A stretch of 64,000 bases of DNA from Lama glama (taxonomy: Eukaryota). This document shows positions 50,660 to 61,600 of this stretch, in pieces. The first letter of the stretch is position 1. The number at the start of each line of letters is the position of its first letter. A program made the translations under genes and the position numbers. A model generated the notes under the pieces. The model saw nothing but the letters and a program-made list of their open reading frames with translations. It did not search any database and was not told the DNA's origin. The DNA lies in NCBI GenBank assembly GCA_028534125.1, contig CM052816.1, forward strand, positions 35,838,001 through 35,902,000, given 5' to 3'.

Positions 50660-50872
50660 GATTACCTGCCACTTGGTAGCTATGTAGTCTTGGGCAAATT
50701 CTTTAACTTCTTGGTTCATCGTTTTTTTTTTTCCCTATCTGTAAAATAGTGATGGTAACAGTACCTACCTCACAGTGTTGTTTTATGGATGACATTGAGT
50801 TAATATGTACATAAAGTGCTTGGTTCTGTGCATGGCACATTGTAGGAAATTAATAAGCATTAACTTCTATTA
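50660..50872 (+). mobile_element. MIR SINE
   Basis: ctgccactt...cttgggcaaattctttaac...atctgtaaaatag...gtacctacctcacag...taaagtgctt. Confidence 0.8.
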
Positions 50873-53469
50873 TTTGAGTGATACATTACTGTGGATGTAG
50901 CCTAGTAATCTTGATGCTTTATTTTAATTTATTCTCTCTGATTAATGACATATATTTTGAAACTAACTATTGTACAGCTCTGATGGTGAAAATAAATGTA
51001 TTTCATAATTGACAATGAGCAGTGCTAATGAACAGGACTTATTCTCCTCTAGTAAAAACAAATGTTTGCAGCCATGTAAATACCATTTTGATAATTGAAA
51101 TTGAAATTCATCATGATATAAAATACATGATTCAATAAATGAAACATTACACTTAAATATATATAAATGTATTTATAGCTGAGAATTGAGGCCTTATGAC
51201 ATAGAAACAATGCCTTGAATCTCTTAATGCTAATGTATTCTCATCTTCAGTAGCATGCTCAGTTATTGGTGTGTGTTGTAAATGACCAGGCACTATTTGA
51301 TGAAACCTTGGCTTGCATTCTGTTGAGGAAGAAGGTAGCTCTGATATAGGCATTTGCATGCTAAATGCTCCTTTGGTGACAATTCCTCAGGTGATAAACT
51401 GGCTAATAACATTTATTATTATGTCTTTGTGGAGAAAATGAATGTTTCATCCCTATTTGTTGGAAAGGAGAGAGATGAGAGCTCAAATCAATTCATCCAG
51501 GAATTCTAATATTCCTCTTTAGTAGTATTTTTATGTTAATTTCATCAAAGTTAAACAAAAACTAAAGATGGAAAAAAATCACTTAAATATTATTATGACA
51601 AGAAGACTGAAAAGGGAGTACACATGATTTCTTTAATAGAAAAAAGCAACGTTTAATGAAGCAAAAGGAATCATAGCGTATTTGATGATGCTGTGTAAAA
51701 TCTAATATTAGCCACGAAAAAAGGCATCTCAGCACTGTTTACAAATAAGGCCAGTTTGAGGGTTAGTGCTGCAGCTTTGGACTGAGGATGCAGGAGGAAT
51801 GGTCTGGATATGGGGCTGTGGCTTACAGATCTTTTTTGTTCTTAATAAAGAACAGGGCTCAGGGCTCTCTGATTGTCAAGGAAATGTTAAGAATTATTTT
51901 TCTCTTAAGTTAAAAAATCAAAACCAAATCCATGTTCCAATACACCAAAAACAATGCTAAAAGAGTCTGAGTTTCACGAACATGTTGTTTGAGGCTGTTT
52001 ATAAGGCATGTTTCACCAGAATGATACTTTATCAGGGCTAAGCACATAATGTGGGCTTTTGGTCCAAAAAAGCTGCTGTCCATAGTATAGATGTCTCATT
52101 AGCAAATTCATAGAAAATATTCTGTGTACTCTTCTGTTTTCTAGGATAATGACTTAGGAATTTTAATTTGGTGGTTCTGCTTTTCCTAAGCAATTAACCA
52201 TCATTTATGCACAGTAACACATTTTAATTGGACTAGGGCTCGTTTCATTCAAGGACTTATGTGCAGCCAGTGCTTATTGGTTAAATAACAGTGCTAATCA
52301 ATTCATAAGCTCATGATAACGAGTGATCATCCATCACGGTAGACCAAAAACAAGTTTGTGACACTCAAATTTATCAATTGTTTTAAGCTAGCAAAGGAAT
52401 TGACTTTCACTGTCTATAAACTATAGTGTTGAGACATTCATTGAGCCTATATGTAATCTCCTATACTGTAACTTAAGAAAACCAACTTAAATATGTACAA
52501 CTGAATTGTACATTTCATTGAAATTTGAAAATATGGTAGTAACAAGACAGGGATTTCTGAGTTATAATCAATAAGACTAATTTAATTTAGGGGTAGCTGA
52601 GGAGAAAGACGAAAATCAAGTACTGTAGTTTGAATTATGGAAAGTGTCACATTTAATTTCACAATTGGTTCTGGTGTGTTTGGGGATTTAGAATAATTTT
52701 ATACCTTAACATTCAATCTTTATTTTACAGTGAATAAGCTAATTTTAGATGACTGCTCAACCTGTGTCTGCTTGCTGTGATGGAATATTAGCTTTGGAAT
52801 AATCTGGTAATTCTCACTTAACACCAATTAATAAGGAATTAGAATTATAATTTTAGATGTGAACAGAGCGCTTCAATTCATCATGTTATGTAGTTTATAT
52901 AAATTGGTATTAGTGACAGGAAAAGAATCAAGAAGGCATACTGCCTGGCGATGCTTTTTTTTCACTTGTCTTCGTTCTGCTTTGTACATATATGTTGGAA
53001 GAAATTGGCTAATTTTGAATTTAATAATCGTGCTAACTTATTGGTGGTTGCTAGACACAGAAATGTACATGAGTCTGTTTCAAAACACCTCATGTGTCAG
53101 AGTAGAGTGTATGTCACCTAAGCCACCTAACGTCAAAACAGCCAACTAAATTCACTAGATTGAGTCAAACAACTGATTATTGGGGAGGGGGGAAGAATTC
53201 CCTTGTTTTTTAGCTCTGAGTAGAATTTAAAAAAATTAATTTCTGCAGCCTAAGTTTAGAAGTTACTTTGGTGAGAGTTTTCCTTCTCCCAATTGATAAA
53301 TCTCTGAGCCATATTTAGATGCTCATGTTTTGGGCTGTGTTAGGGCCAGCCTCATGCCTGCTAGATATGAGCCCAGAAAGTTTATGGGAACATTAAAATT
53401 AACCTGATAACAATCACAGAAATTGCTTTTGAACTGTTTGTCTGGCTGTTAAATAGTTGGCAGGTGAAT

Positions 53470-53596
53470 ATTTTTTTTTTGGAGGGGGAGAAGGTAATTA
53501 GGCTTATTTACTTACTTATTTTTTAATGGAGGTGCTGGGATTGAACCCAGGACCTTGTGCATGCTAGGTACGCAGTCTACCACCGAACTACACCCT
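53470..53596 (-). mobile_element. tRNA-derived SINE, Vic-1-like (camelid)
   Basis: Reverse complement AGGGTGTAGTTCGGTGGTAGA...GGTCCTGGGTTCAATCCCAGCACCTCC shows A and B boxes, then AAATAAG...CCTAATTACCT...CCCCC and poly(A). TSD caggtgaat at 53461-53469 and 53597-53605. Confidence 0.88.
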
Positions 53597-55454
53597 CAGG
53601 TGAATGTTCATGTGTAAAATATAATCTTTCTGAGAGCCATATTTTTTCCCTTAAATACTATTGTTCAAAAAGGAAGTTTTAAAGGTAAACAACAAATCCC
53701 TCATGTATCACATGATTTTGCTGAGGCTGCTGTATATGCTGTTACATGTGCATAAGAACACTTGAAAGTGAATTAGCTAAAGTGACTTGTGACTTTGGCG
53801 CGGTCATTTTCAAAATGACCCCTTTTGGGGGGTAAAGGGAATCCTGCGACTTAATTTTCATATGGGAAAGCTATTTCTGCCACCGCAGTTCACTACTAAG
53901 TTGCTGAAGTTCATGGAGAGAGTATTTCTAGTCAACAAAATTAGTAAAACTGATAGGCGGAATTTGGCAGAGAAAGATACATGTGCTGTGACTTTGGGAC
54001 CAGATGTCCAGAAGGAGAGGAGATAAAAACAGTCTTTTAAGCTAAGCTTAAACCAAGTAAGTGATCTACTTTGTAGTGAAAAATATGCTATCAACACAAT
54101 CTTTGTGTTATACTTAATGCACTGATAGTTAAAACTTTTGGATTTTATTAAGTCTGCAGTCATGGTACATGGTGAAAGAATGAAAACCATGAAAGTTGCA
54201 GGATGTTGCTGGTTATCTGGTAGGGTTGTTTTAAGGAAAACATGTGAAGGGTGTTTCTTATGCAGGTGGGAATGCTAAACTTTGACCATGACTTTAGTTA
54301 TTAAAACTTAGTCTGTGGTCACTGTCAAGTTAGCATTCCCTTTTAATTACAGCGATAATTGTTGTCTGGATTTTGCCTATTAAAGATAAATGCCTTGGCA
54401 AAATTAGGGTAGCTATTTGTGGTATTGTAAAATCCAGTTACACAGGGTAAAGATCCGTTTCAGACCACCTTTTTTAGATATTTCTGGAGCAAAAGAAATT
54501 TCATTTTAAGGATGTGAGTCGGATAAAGTAGAGGGTTCTCCCAACTGCATATTGGGGGAAAAAATTCTATACTTTTTGGTTTCCTTTTACTGATATTCTT
54601 TGGAATTTGGGAAAGAGGTGAGTTGGAAACAATTCCACGTTGTTCAAAGAAATGAATTTTTAGTATCCTGTTAGACTTTACCCCAAACTTCTTCCTTGTC
54701 ATCTTTGGGTGGCTGGAAAAGGAATTAGCACATCCTTAGGATCATAAAGGATTTCTCTGCCTTGGTAATTTATGGCATTGACAAAGTAGTGAAGTACAAA
54801 ATTTTTTTGGTAAGTGACTGAACCCCCTTCCTTTAACAAATGTTTTTGCAAGTAATAAGGCAAAATTACAAATGATAAATTATTGTATTGGTGGCTGTTC
54901 ACCAGCCTGCCCACCCATTCATGCTGTACAGTACTTCATGGAAAGTTATGTTTAATGTCACATAATGAGTCCTTGGAACTGGTGTTCTCTGAGATACTTT
55001 GATGGGCTGTTAAATTTACAAATGTTCTAGGGCTATAAATTATCATTAAACATTAGGAGAGAAAGAGACGCATTTTTCTATGCATTTCACGTGATTTATT
55101 TAAACTTCTAAGCCAGGCAGCTGAAAATAGGTGCAGATTTTCTGTTCACATTTTGGAATTTAATCGGAACTTGGTACATTTCTGGAGCTAGATCAGAGAG
55201 AAGTTTACATGGAGGCAGAAGTAGCTCTACATAATGGGTAAAGGAAAATGACTTTCAGTTAGGTCCATTGTTGAGCAAATCATAGGACCTAAGAAATAAG
55301 GTCGACTCCTGGTTATTCAGAGGCGATAGATCTTAGATATTACCAGTGTCCTCCTTCTCCTTCCTGGCCACCGTCTCACTGCTCATTAACGCCTTTGCTG
55401 GCACCCCTAAAAGAAGTGAAAGCAAGTCAGATTCACTGGAGAGGAACGAGCCTG

Positions 55455-55695
55455 CAGTGGTTAGGAGAACTGCCTGGCATTCAGTCAGTTCTGGGCTTGA
55501 ATACTAACCTATGGGACTCTTAAGTCAATTACTCGTTAATACACCTCAGTTTCCCAGGAAGTAAAAATAAAATGATAATATTGACATTAGAGTGTTGTTA
55601 ATGGGGATTGAGTTAGAAAATGAATGTGAAATGATTTGTAGGAGCCTGCATCGTGGCTTAATGGAATATTCAATAAGTAGCAGCGTTATTATTGT
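55455..55695 (+). mobile_element. MIR SINE
   Basis: gcagtggttaggag...ctgggcttgaat...cctcagtttccc...gtaaaa...caataagtagcagcgttattatt. Confidence 0.65.
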
Positions 55696-55717
55696 TTTAT
55701 ATTAGTTATGCCATTTT

Positions 55718-55919
55718 ATTTTTTTATTTAAGTATAGCTGATTTACATTATTAGTTTAATGCATTAGTTAGTTTCAAGTTCACAACAGAGTGATTCAATA
55801 TCTTTATAGATCACACTGCCTTTAAAGTTATTATACGATAATGACTATGTTTCCCTGTACTGTATAATATAGCCTTATGTATTTATTTTATACAGAGCAT
55901 TTTGTGTCTTTTAATCTAC
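55718..55919 (-). mobile_element. Short 5'-truncated LINE-1 3' fragment with TSD
   Basis: L1 3' UTR-like sequence (aagtatagctgatttaca...ttccctgtactgtataatat) with a T-rich tail. Direct repeat ttatgccatttta at 55706-55718 and 55920-55932. Confidence 0.8.
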
Positions 55920-55995
55920 TTATGCCATTTTAACAGAAGTCTTGATGGACTAATATACTGCTTAATATAATGGGATGATAATGATGTGTAAAATC

Positions 55996-56200
55996 AGTGG
56001 ATTTTTAACCCTTGCTTCACACAGTTAGTCACCTAGGGAGCTTTTAATGCCCCTGCCTAAATACCATGTGTTGATCTCAACACAGACAATTAAGTCAAGA
56101 TACTTGAAGGTGAGACATGGGTTTTTTTTTTTTAATTTTTTTAAAAGCTTCCTAGGTGGTTCTGTATAACCAAGGGTTGCAGCCAAGTTAAGAACCCTGC
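55996..56200. mobile_element. hAT-Charlie MITE (MER5-type)
   Basis: cagtggatttttaacccttgc...tcacctagggagctttt...aaagcttcctaggtggttct...gcagccaagttaagaaccctg. Confidence 0.7.
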
Positions 56201-56202
56201 TA

Positions 56203-56470
56203 TTCTGCCATCCCTTGGGATGTGGCCTGTGTCCTCATAGCTCACAATGACTGCTAAAGCTCCAGTCATCAGATTCACTTTCTAGGCACCAGGATAGGAA
56301 AAAAAAAAAGAAAAGAAAAGGAGCATGTCCCCCTACTTTCAGAAGGCCCATAGATACACTTCTGTTATGTTACATTTGTCATTACTTAATCACCTATCTG
56401 CAGGGTGGCTATAGAACCAAGTGTTTGTTTTTTCCAGGCAGCTATGCATTCAGCTCAAAATTGGGAGATA
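56203..56470. mobile_element. MaLR LTR fragment (MLT1J-like)
   Basis: tctgccatcc...cctcatagctcacaatgactgct...gctccagtcatcagattc...acacttctg...cttaatcac. Confidence 0.55.
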
Positions 56471-56719
56471 CAGAAATTCGTTAGAAGTTCTAGAAATTTA
56501 ATCTCAAATCAAGGGAAAGTCAAGTATAAGAGGAGGATATTATCTGCTATCTAAATCCCTCTGTCTCTAACACCAAGCTCTCTTCACTCTAACAACAGCT
56601 CAACTAAAACCATATTCACATTAACTTGTTTATTCTTCTGTATTAATATCAACTCAGATCTACCAAAATTGTGCCTGTGACATCCTCCTCTCCTTCCTCT
56701 TTCTTCTTCTCCATTTAAT

Positions 56720-56905
56720 AATTATGATGATAGTTTTTAGTATAAGCCTCATTTAATTCTCCTAACAAACCAATGAATTAGGTTGTGTTCCTATTTGACA
56801 GATGAGAAAATAGAATGGAAAGTAAGTCCCTCACGGCCAGGCAGCTGAGAGGGGTGCTGCCAGGAGATGTGTTTGGTTTTGTCAACTCTGAAACACAATT
56901 CCCCA
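56720..56905 (-). mobile_element. MIR SINE
   Basis: ctcatttaattctcctaacaaac...cctatttgacagatgagaaaa. Confidence 0.65.
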
Positions 56906-57289
56906 AACCCTTGTGCTCCTTGGCTTGCCACATATAGTCAGTTACTAAATATCGTTGACTTGACCTTAAACAGGACACATTTAGTTGGGTTCTTTTGGCT
57001 GAGAAGATGAAAATAGAAAGTCTTGGTACTAATGTTTCTTTTGACCTTGAGTCAGGCACCCATCCCTGGTGTGATGAGTGACCTATTTGGGTAACGAGGG
57101 GCCCAACTCAGCTTCCTGGGACAAGGACTCTTTCCAGTGGCTCAAAGGCTGGAAACAGAAGCTGGTTGAGCACAGAACCTTCTCTCCCTTCCCTGGACCC
57201 TCCTGGAATCCCATGAATAGAATCACATCTTTTGTTTTGTTTTTGTTTTTTATTTATTATTGTTGCTTGTGTGTGTGTTTAACAAAAAG

Positions 57290-57419
57290 TTTTATTTATT
57301 TATTTATTTTTGGTGTGGGAGTTAACTAGGTTTATTTATATATTTATTTTTTTAAGTGGTGGTACTGGGGATTGAATCCAGGCCAGTCATGCATTCTACC
57401 ACTGAGCTGTACCCTCCCC
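57290..57419 (-). mobile_element. tRNA-derived SINE, Vic-1-like, with internal deletion
   Basis: Reverse complement GGGGAGGGTACAGCTCAGTGGTAGAATGCATG...CCTGGATTCAATCCCCAGTACC followed by an (AAAT)n tail. Same family as the 53.5 kb copy. Flanked by tgtgtgttt on both sides. Confidence 0.85.
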
Positions 57420-57429
57420 ACCATGTGTG

Positions 57430-58075
57430 TTTTACTGAGGTATAATTGACATATAACATATGTTTCATGTGTACAACATAATGATTCGATTTTTGTATAT
57501 ATTGCAAAATGATCACTACAATAAGTCTAGTTGTATTTGTCACTATACATAGTTACAAAATTTTTTTCCTTGTGGTGAAAACTTTTAAGATTTACTCTCT
57601 AGTCGCTTTCAAATATACAACACAGTATTGTTAACTATAGTCATCATGCTGCACATTACATCCCCTGGACTTAGTTATCTTATTATGGGAAGGTTGTTCC
57701 TTTTGATCACTTTCACTCATTTTGTTCACGCCTCACCCCTTGGCTGTGGCAACCAGGTATCTGTGAGCTCATTTTTTTCTTTTAAATTACACATATAAGT
57801 GAGATTATATGGTATATGTTTTTCTCTGACTTATTTCACTCAGCATAATACCCTCAGGGTCCATCCATGTTGTTCCAGGTGGCAGGATTTCCTTCTTTTT
57901 TATGGCTGGATAATATCCTATTGTGGATGGATGGATAGATAGATAGATAGACAGACAGGCAGACAGACAGACACATGCATACCGCATTTTCTTTTTCCAT
58001 CCCTCTGTAGATGGACACTTTGGCTGTTTTCACGTCTTGGCTGTTGTAACTCACGTTGCCATGAATGTGGAGGCT
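57430..58075 (-). mobile_element. LINE-1 3' end (L1MA9-like), 5'-truncated
   Basis: Typical L1MA 3' UTR (tttactgaggtataattgacatataac...). The minus-strand remnant YYPAIKKKEILPPGTTWMDPEGIMLSEISQ resembles the L1 ORF2p C-terminus. Confidence 0.88.
57924..57973 (+). repeat. Compound tetranucleotide microsatellite (TGGA/TAGA/CAGA) within L1
   Basis: tggatggatggatagatagatagatagacagacaggcagacagacagacac. Confidence 0.9.
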
Positions 58076-58099
58076 CACAGCTTTCTTTTGCTTAAAAAA

Positions 58100-58625
58100 C
58101 CTTTGAAGGTTCTACGTTTCCCAGAGGATGACTCTACCTTCCGGGGCCACCTTCTCATATATTAATCTTTACCACTGCCCTCCCACCCACTGTTTTCCAG
58201 TCAGGCCAGGTCACTTTCCTTGCCCTTAAAGTTCCGTGCTTTCTCACTCCCTCTCACACACAGTCATCCAGATCTGCAGTGTTCTTACCCTCTTCCTCAC
58301 TTTATTGGTTCCTGTTCATTCTCAGGCCACATTCGTTATTCCTGCTTCCATGCACCTAAAGCTTTACACACAAAACTCTGTCATCATACTGATTATTTTA
58401 TATTGTAATTATTTGCCTTTCTTTCCATTCTTCTTTCTTTCTTCTTTCCTCCCTCCGTCTCTCCTACCCTCCTTCTATCCCCCCTTCTTCTTTCCTTCCT
58501 CCCTTTCTTTCTCTGTAAGTTAATAGTAGGAACTTTTCAAATATCCCACTTTCCCTGGCCTCTCTCTCCTTAATCAAGCACCATAGTGGGCACACAGTTC
58601 ATGCTCAATAAATGTTTACTGAAGA
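58100..58625 (+). mobile_element. Degraded LINE-2 3' end interrupted by a pyrimidine tract
   Basis: Terminal gggcacacag...tgctcaataaatgtttactgaa. CT-rich low-complexity stretch at 58415-58515. Confidence 0.5.
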
Positions 58626-61600
58626 ATTCGTATCCTGAAGTAACTAATTCTTGGAATATGGCAAAATAAGAGCCTTATGCAGAGTTGTCTTAATTTATAT
58701 TATATTACATTTGCCCAATATAGTGAAAAAATACGTTTGACTTTGCTCTTTTGAAAAGGAAAGAGATTGTGAAGCCATGCTGAAAATACAGAACCCATAT
58801 TAAGTCAGAAAATGTCTTTTTTTAAGTATCTCTTTTAATTGGCTTGGTACATCTAGTTTGGAAGACAGTATGTATAGATTAGGGCAATAAAGAAATGATT
58901 TTTAACTTTGAGTACATAGCATTCATACATATGTAAACGCATGATCAGTTTAAAATAAGTAATTTAGAGTATTGGGTAATTTATGGTACAAATATTGACA
59001 GATTGTTGCTGAATTGGTGATGAAAGTGTATGAAACTTGGCCAGCACGTTTAAAAGTTGTCTGAATGTGGGGATCTTGTTTTTGTTTTTTAGAAAATGAG
59101 AGATGCCAAGTGTTAACAAAGATTGTGTCAATATTCTTTATTGTTGCAGATTTGTGCAACTTCATTTATAAATGAAAATCAGATGAAGGTTGACAGCTCT
59201 GGTGTTGTCAGATGACTTGGAGGGAACGTGTCTAAATAAGGCAGCCTGCATCTCCTATCTGAGAAGCTGGTGGGGGTTGCAATTGTCAGAACACAGTGCT
59301 CCTGCAGACATCTACAGCCGTTCAGTGCCTCGGGCTGATTTCTTTTGGAGATCTATTTACAAATGGGAAATTGGAGAAGTCAGGGTTTTATAGCCAGAGG
59401 TAGAAAAATGGGTCCTGGCTCTGTGTAGTGCCTTTTGGAGAACTGATTAAGCTGTTTCTTCTTTTATTTGTGGAATATGATTGCGTGCGTGTGCATCTGG
59501 AGGAAAGTCCAGTTCGTGGAGAAATTAGAAAGGAGCCTGATGTAGATTAGAATTTGCCAACTTGTGTGTTAATTTGATTTTTTTTTCTTTTTAATTTGCC
59601 AAGGCAAAGGCATGGCAAAGTAAGATGTCATGCAGGGTCCAGTGGAGGCATGTCGTATAATATATTCAGCTAAGTCTTGGTTTCTTAACATTTTTGCTCA
59701 ATGCTGTTGGCTCATTAACTCATTTGACACACGCTTTTAGACTCACCCAATTGATGCCTCACACAGTGGGAATATGAAGAGAAGGGAAGCTGGGCACATC
59801 CCTTGGGGAATGGGTAGGATGGTTTTCATAAGCAGAAATATGGAAAGATCCCTTAATCCTTTTAATCTTAGTGGACGTTTTCCAAGTTGTATATTTCATT
59901 AATTAGGCAGTCAGGCGTTTTATAACATTTTTTTCAGAGACTCAAGTGGCATGTCGCATGTTTCCTCTTGCTGCATGTAGTAGTTTTCTCCAAAATAGCA
60001 GACAAAAGTGGTTTTTTTCCCTCCTTCTAACTTGGACTCTGAAACTTTGGTACGTGCTGAAACTGTCAGGAAAACTGTGCCTGTCCTGCCATCACCAGAT
60101 CTGACATTGCTGAAGATTATGCCAAATGTATTTTCTGACACATTTCAGTTGATTCAAGCTGAGAGGTACTTCTTATCTTTTGATTTGTCAGTCTGTTGGC
60201 CTGAGGAATATGGCTACAGTCTCTGGGAATCATATAACACGTGGAAGCTGAATCACTGTTTTCAAGTGCTGTCAATTAGTGTTTGGAATTGGAGGGAAAA
60301 AAAAGCCGGTGCATGAGAATGTCACAAGTTCAGATAATGAATTTTGTTTAAAATGAATTTCATGCTCACACCTTTTCTTACCAATATAAAGTAACTGAAA
60401 TACATCGAGATTTCATTATCAAATTAGTACTGAAAGCTTCAAACTTTCCTTCTGTGGCCTTACTTGTTCGAAAGAGAAGGGAGAATTGCTGGTAGGACTA
60501 AATGGGGAAATCTTTGAATTGCATATATATTATGCACATAAAGGTATTGTGCCTAGAATGGGCTTGGCAATAGTAGCAGCTCAGCAGATCTCTGATGAGT
60601 GAATGAATGATTGTAGATAGTGTGCTAGGGATGTTTTTTTTTCTTCTTGAAATGTGTGATTTTTAGTCTACGTATTTAATATGTTCATTTACTTTAAGTG
60701 GATACCTTTCTGTATGGAAGTACAGTTGAGCTGTATTTTGCTTTCACTTCTGTTTAAATTTCACCGTGGCCCTGGTAAAACTTGACAGTGTTGATCTGCC
60801 TTCCAAGTCTCACAGTGCTACCACAGAATGTAGGAAAGAAGAGGGGTGCTTATTTTAGTAGTGATTTTTCACTTCTTTCCTTTTGAACAGATGCAAACAC
60901 TTTGGCACAAACTTACCTTTCAGTATGAAAGTTTTTTTTTTCCCTTTCTTTCTATTTTATTTCTTTTGCCTCTTGTTATTGTAAGGTCTAAAGTTGCAGA
61001 TTACAGCTGGGCAGGTGGTGAGCATGAGGTGGTGGTGGTGTTGCTGGAGGTGACTCTTAGACTGCTTCTCTGATTAGGAGGTAAACTTCCTGGAGCAGAA
61101 ACCTATTTGATTGAATTTAACAACTCTCCCAGTTTCTGGTGCAGGGACCAGCATCTGGTTGGTACTGAATGACTGTGTTCTGAATGGAACCTTAATATTT
61201 GAAGGAGTAGGGAACACTGCTTCAGTTCCATTTTCTCCTGTACTTGGAGATTGTGTGTGGGTATATGTGTGTGAGAGAGAGATGGTCACTTTTTTATGAA
61301 TTGAAATACGTAGTAAGGTAGGATAGGAAGTAGCAGTATCAGCTGAGGCTGGGTCAATTTTCCCGGGGTGAAAGCTGGAGAGATGCAGAAGCCTTTAGAT
61401 TTGGCTCTTGGAAGTACCTTCATGGAGGGTCAGAGTTTGCTCCACAAGACCACTGGTGTGCCTGCTGCTCTTGGACGTGAAGACAGGCACTAGGGTAGAA
61501 ATTGACCCTCTAATTGACTCCTGGAACGGAATGGAAATGTTAGGTCTGGCTATTCTCAGATGTAGTCAAAAGTACTCAAACTCTTCCAAATTAATATTTG

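Noticed and set aside
53525..53596. Possible tRNA gene
   Set aside because: The tRNA-like head is followed by a SINE tail and poly(A) and flanked by a TSD, so it is a SINE.
57805..57987. ORF with an L1 ORF2p-like C-terminus
   Set aside because: Truncated remnant interrupted by a microsatellite, not an active element.
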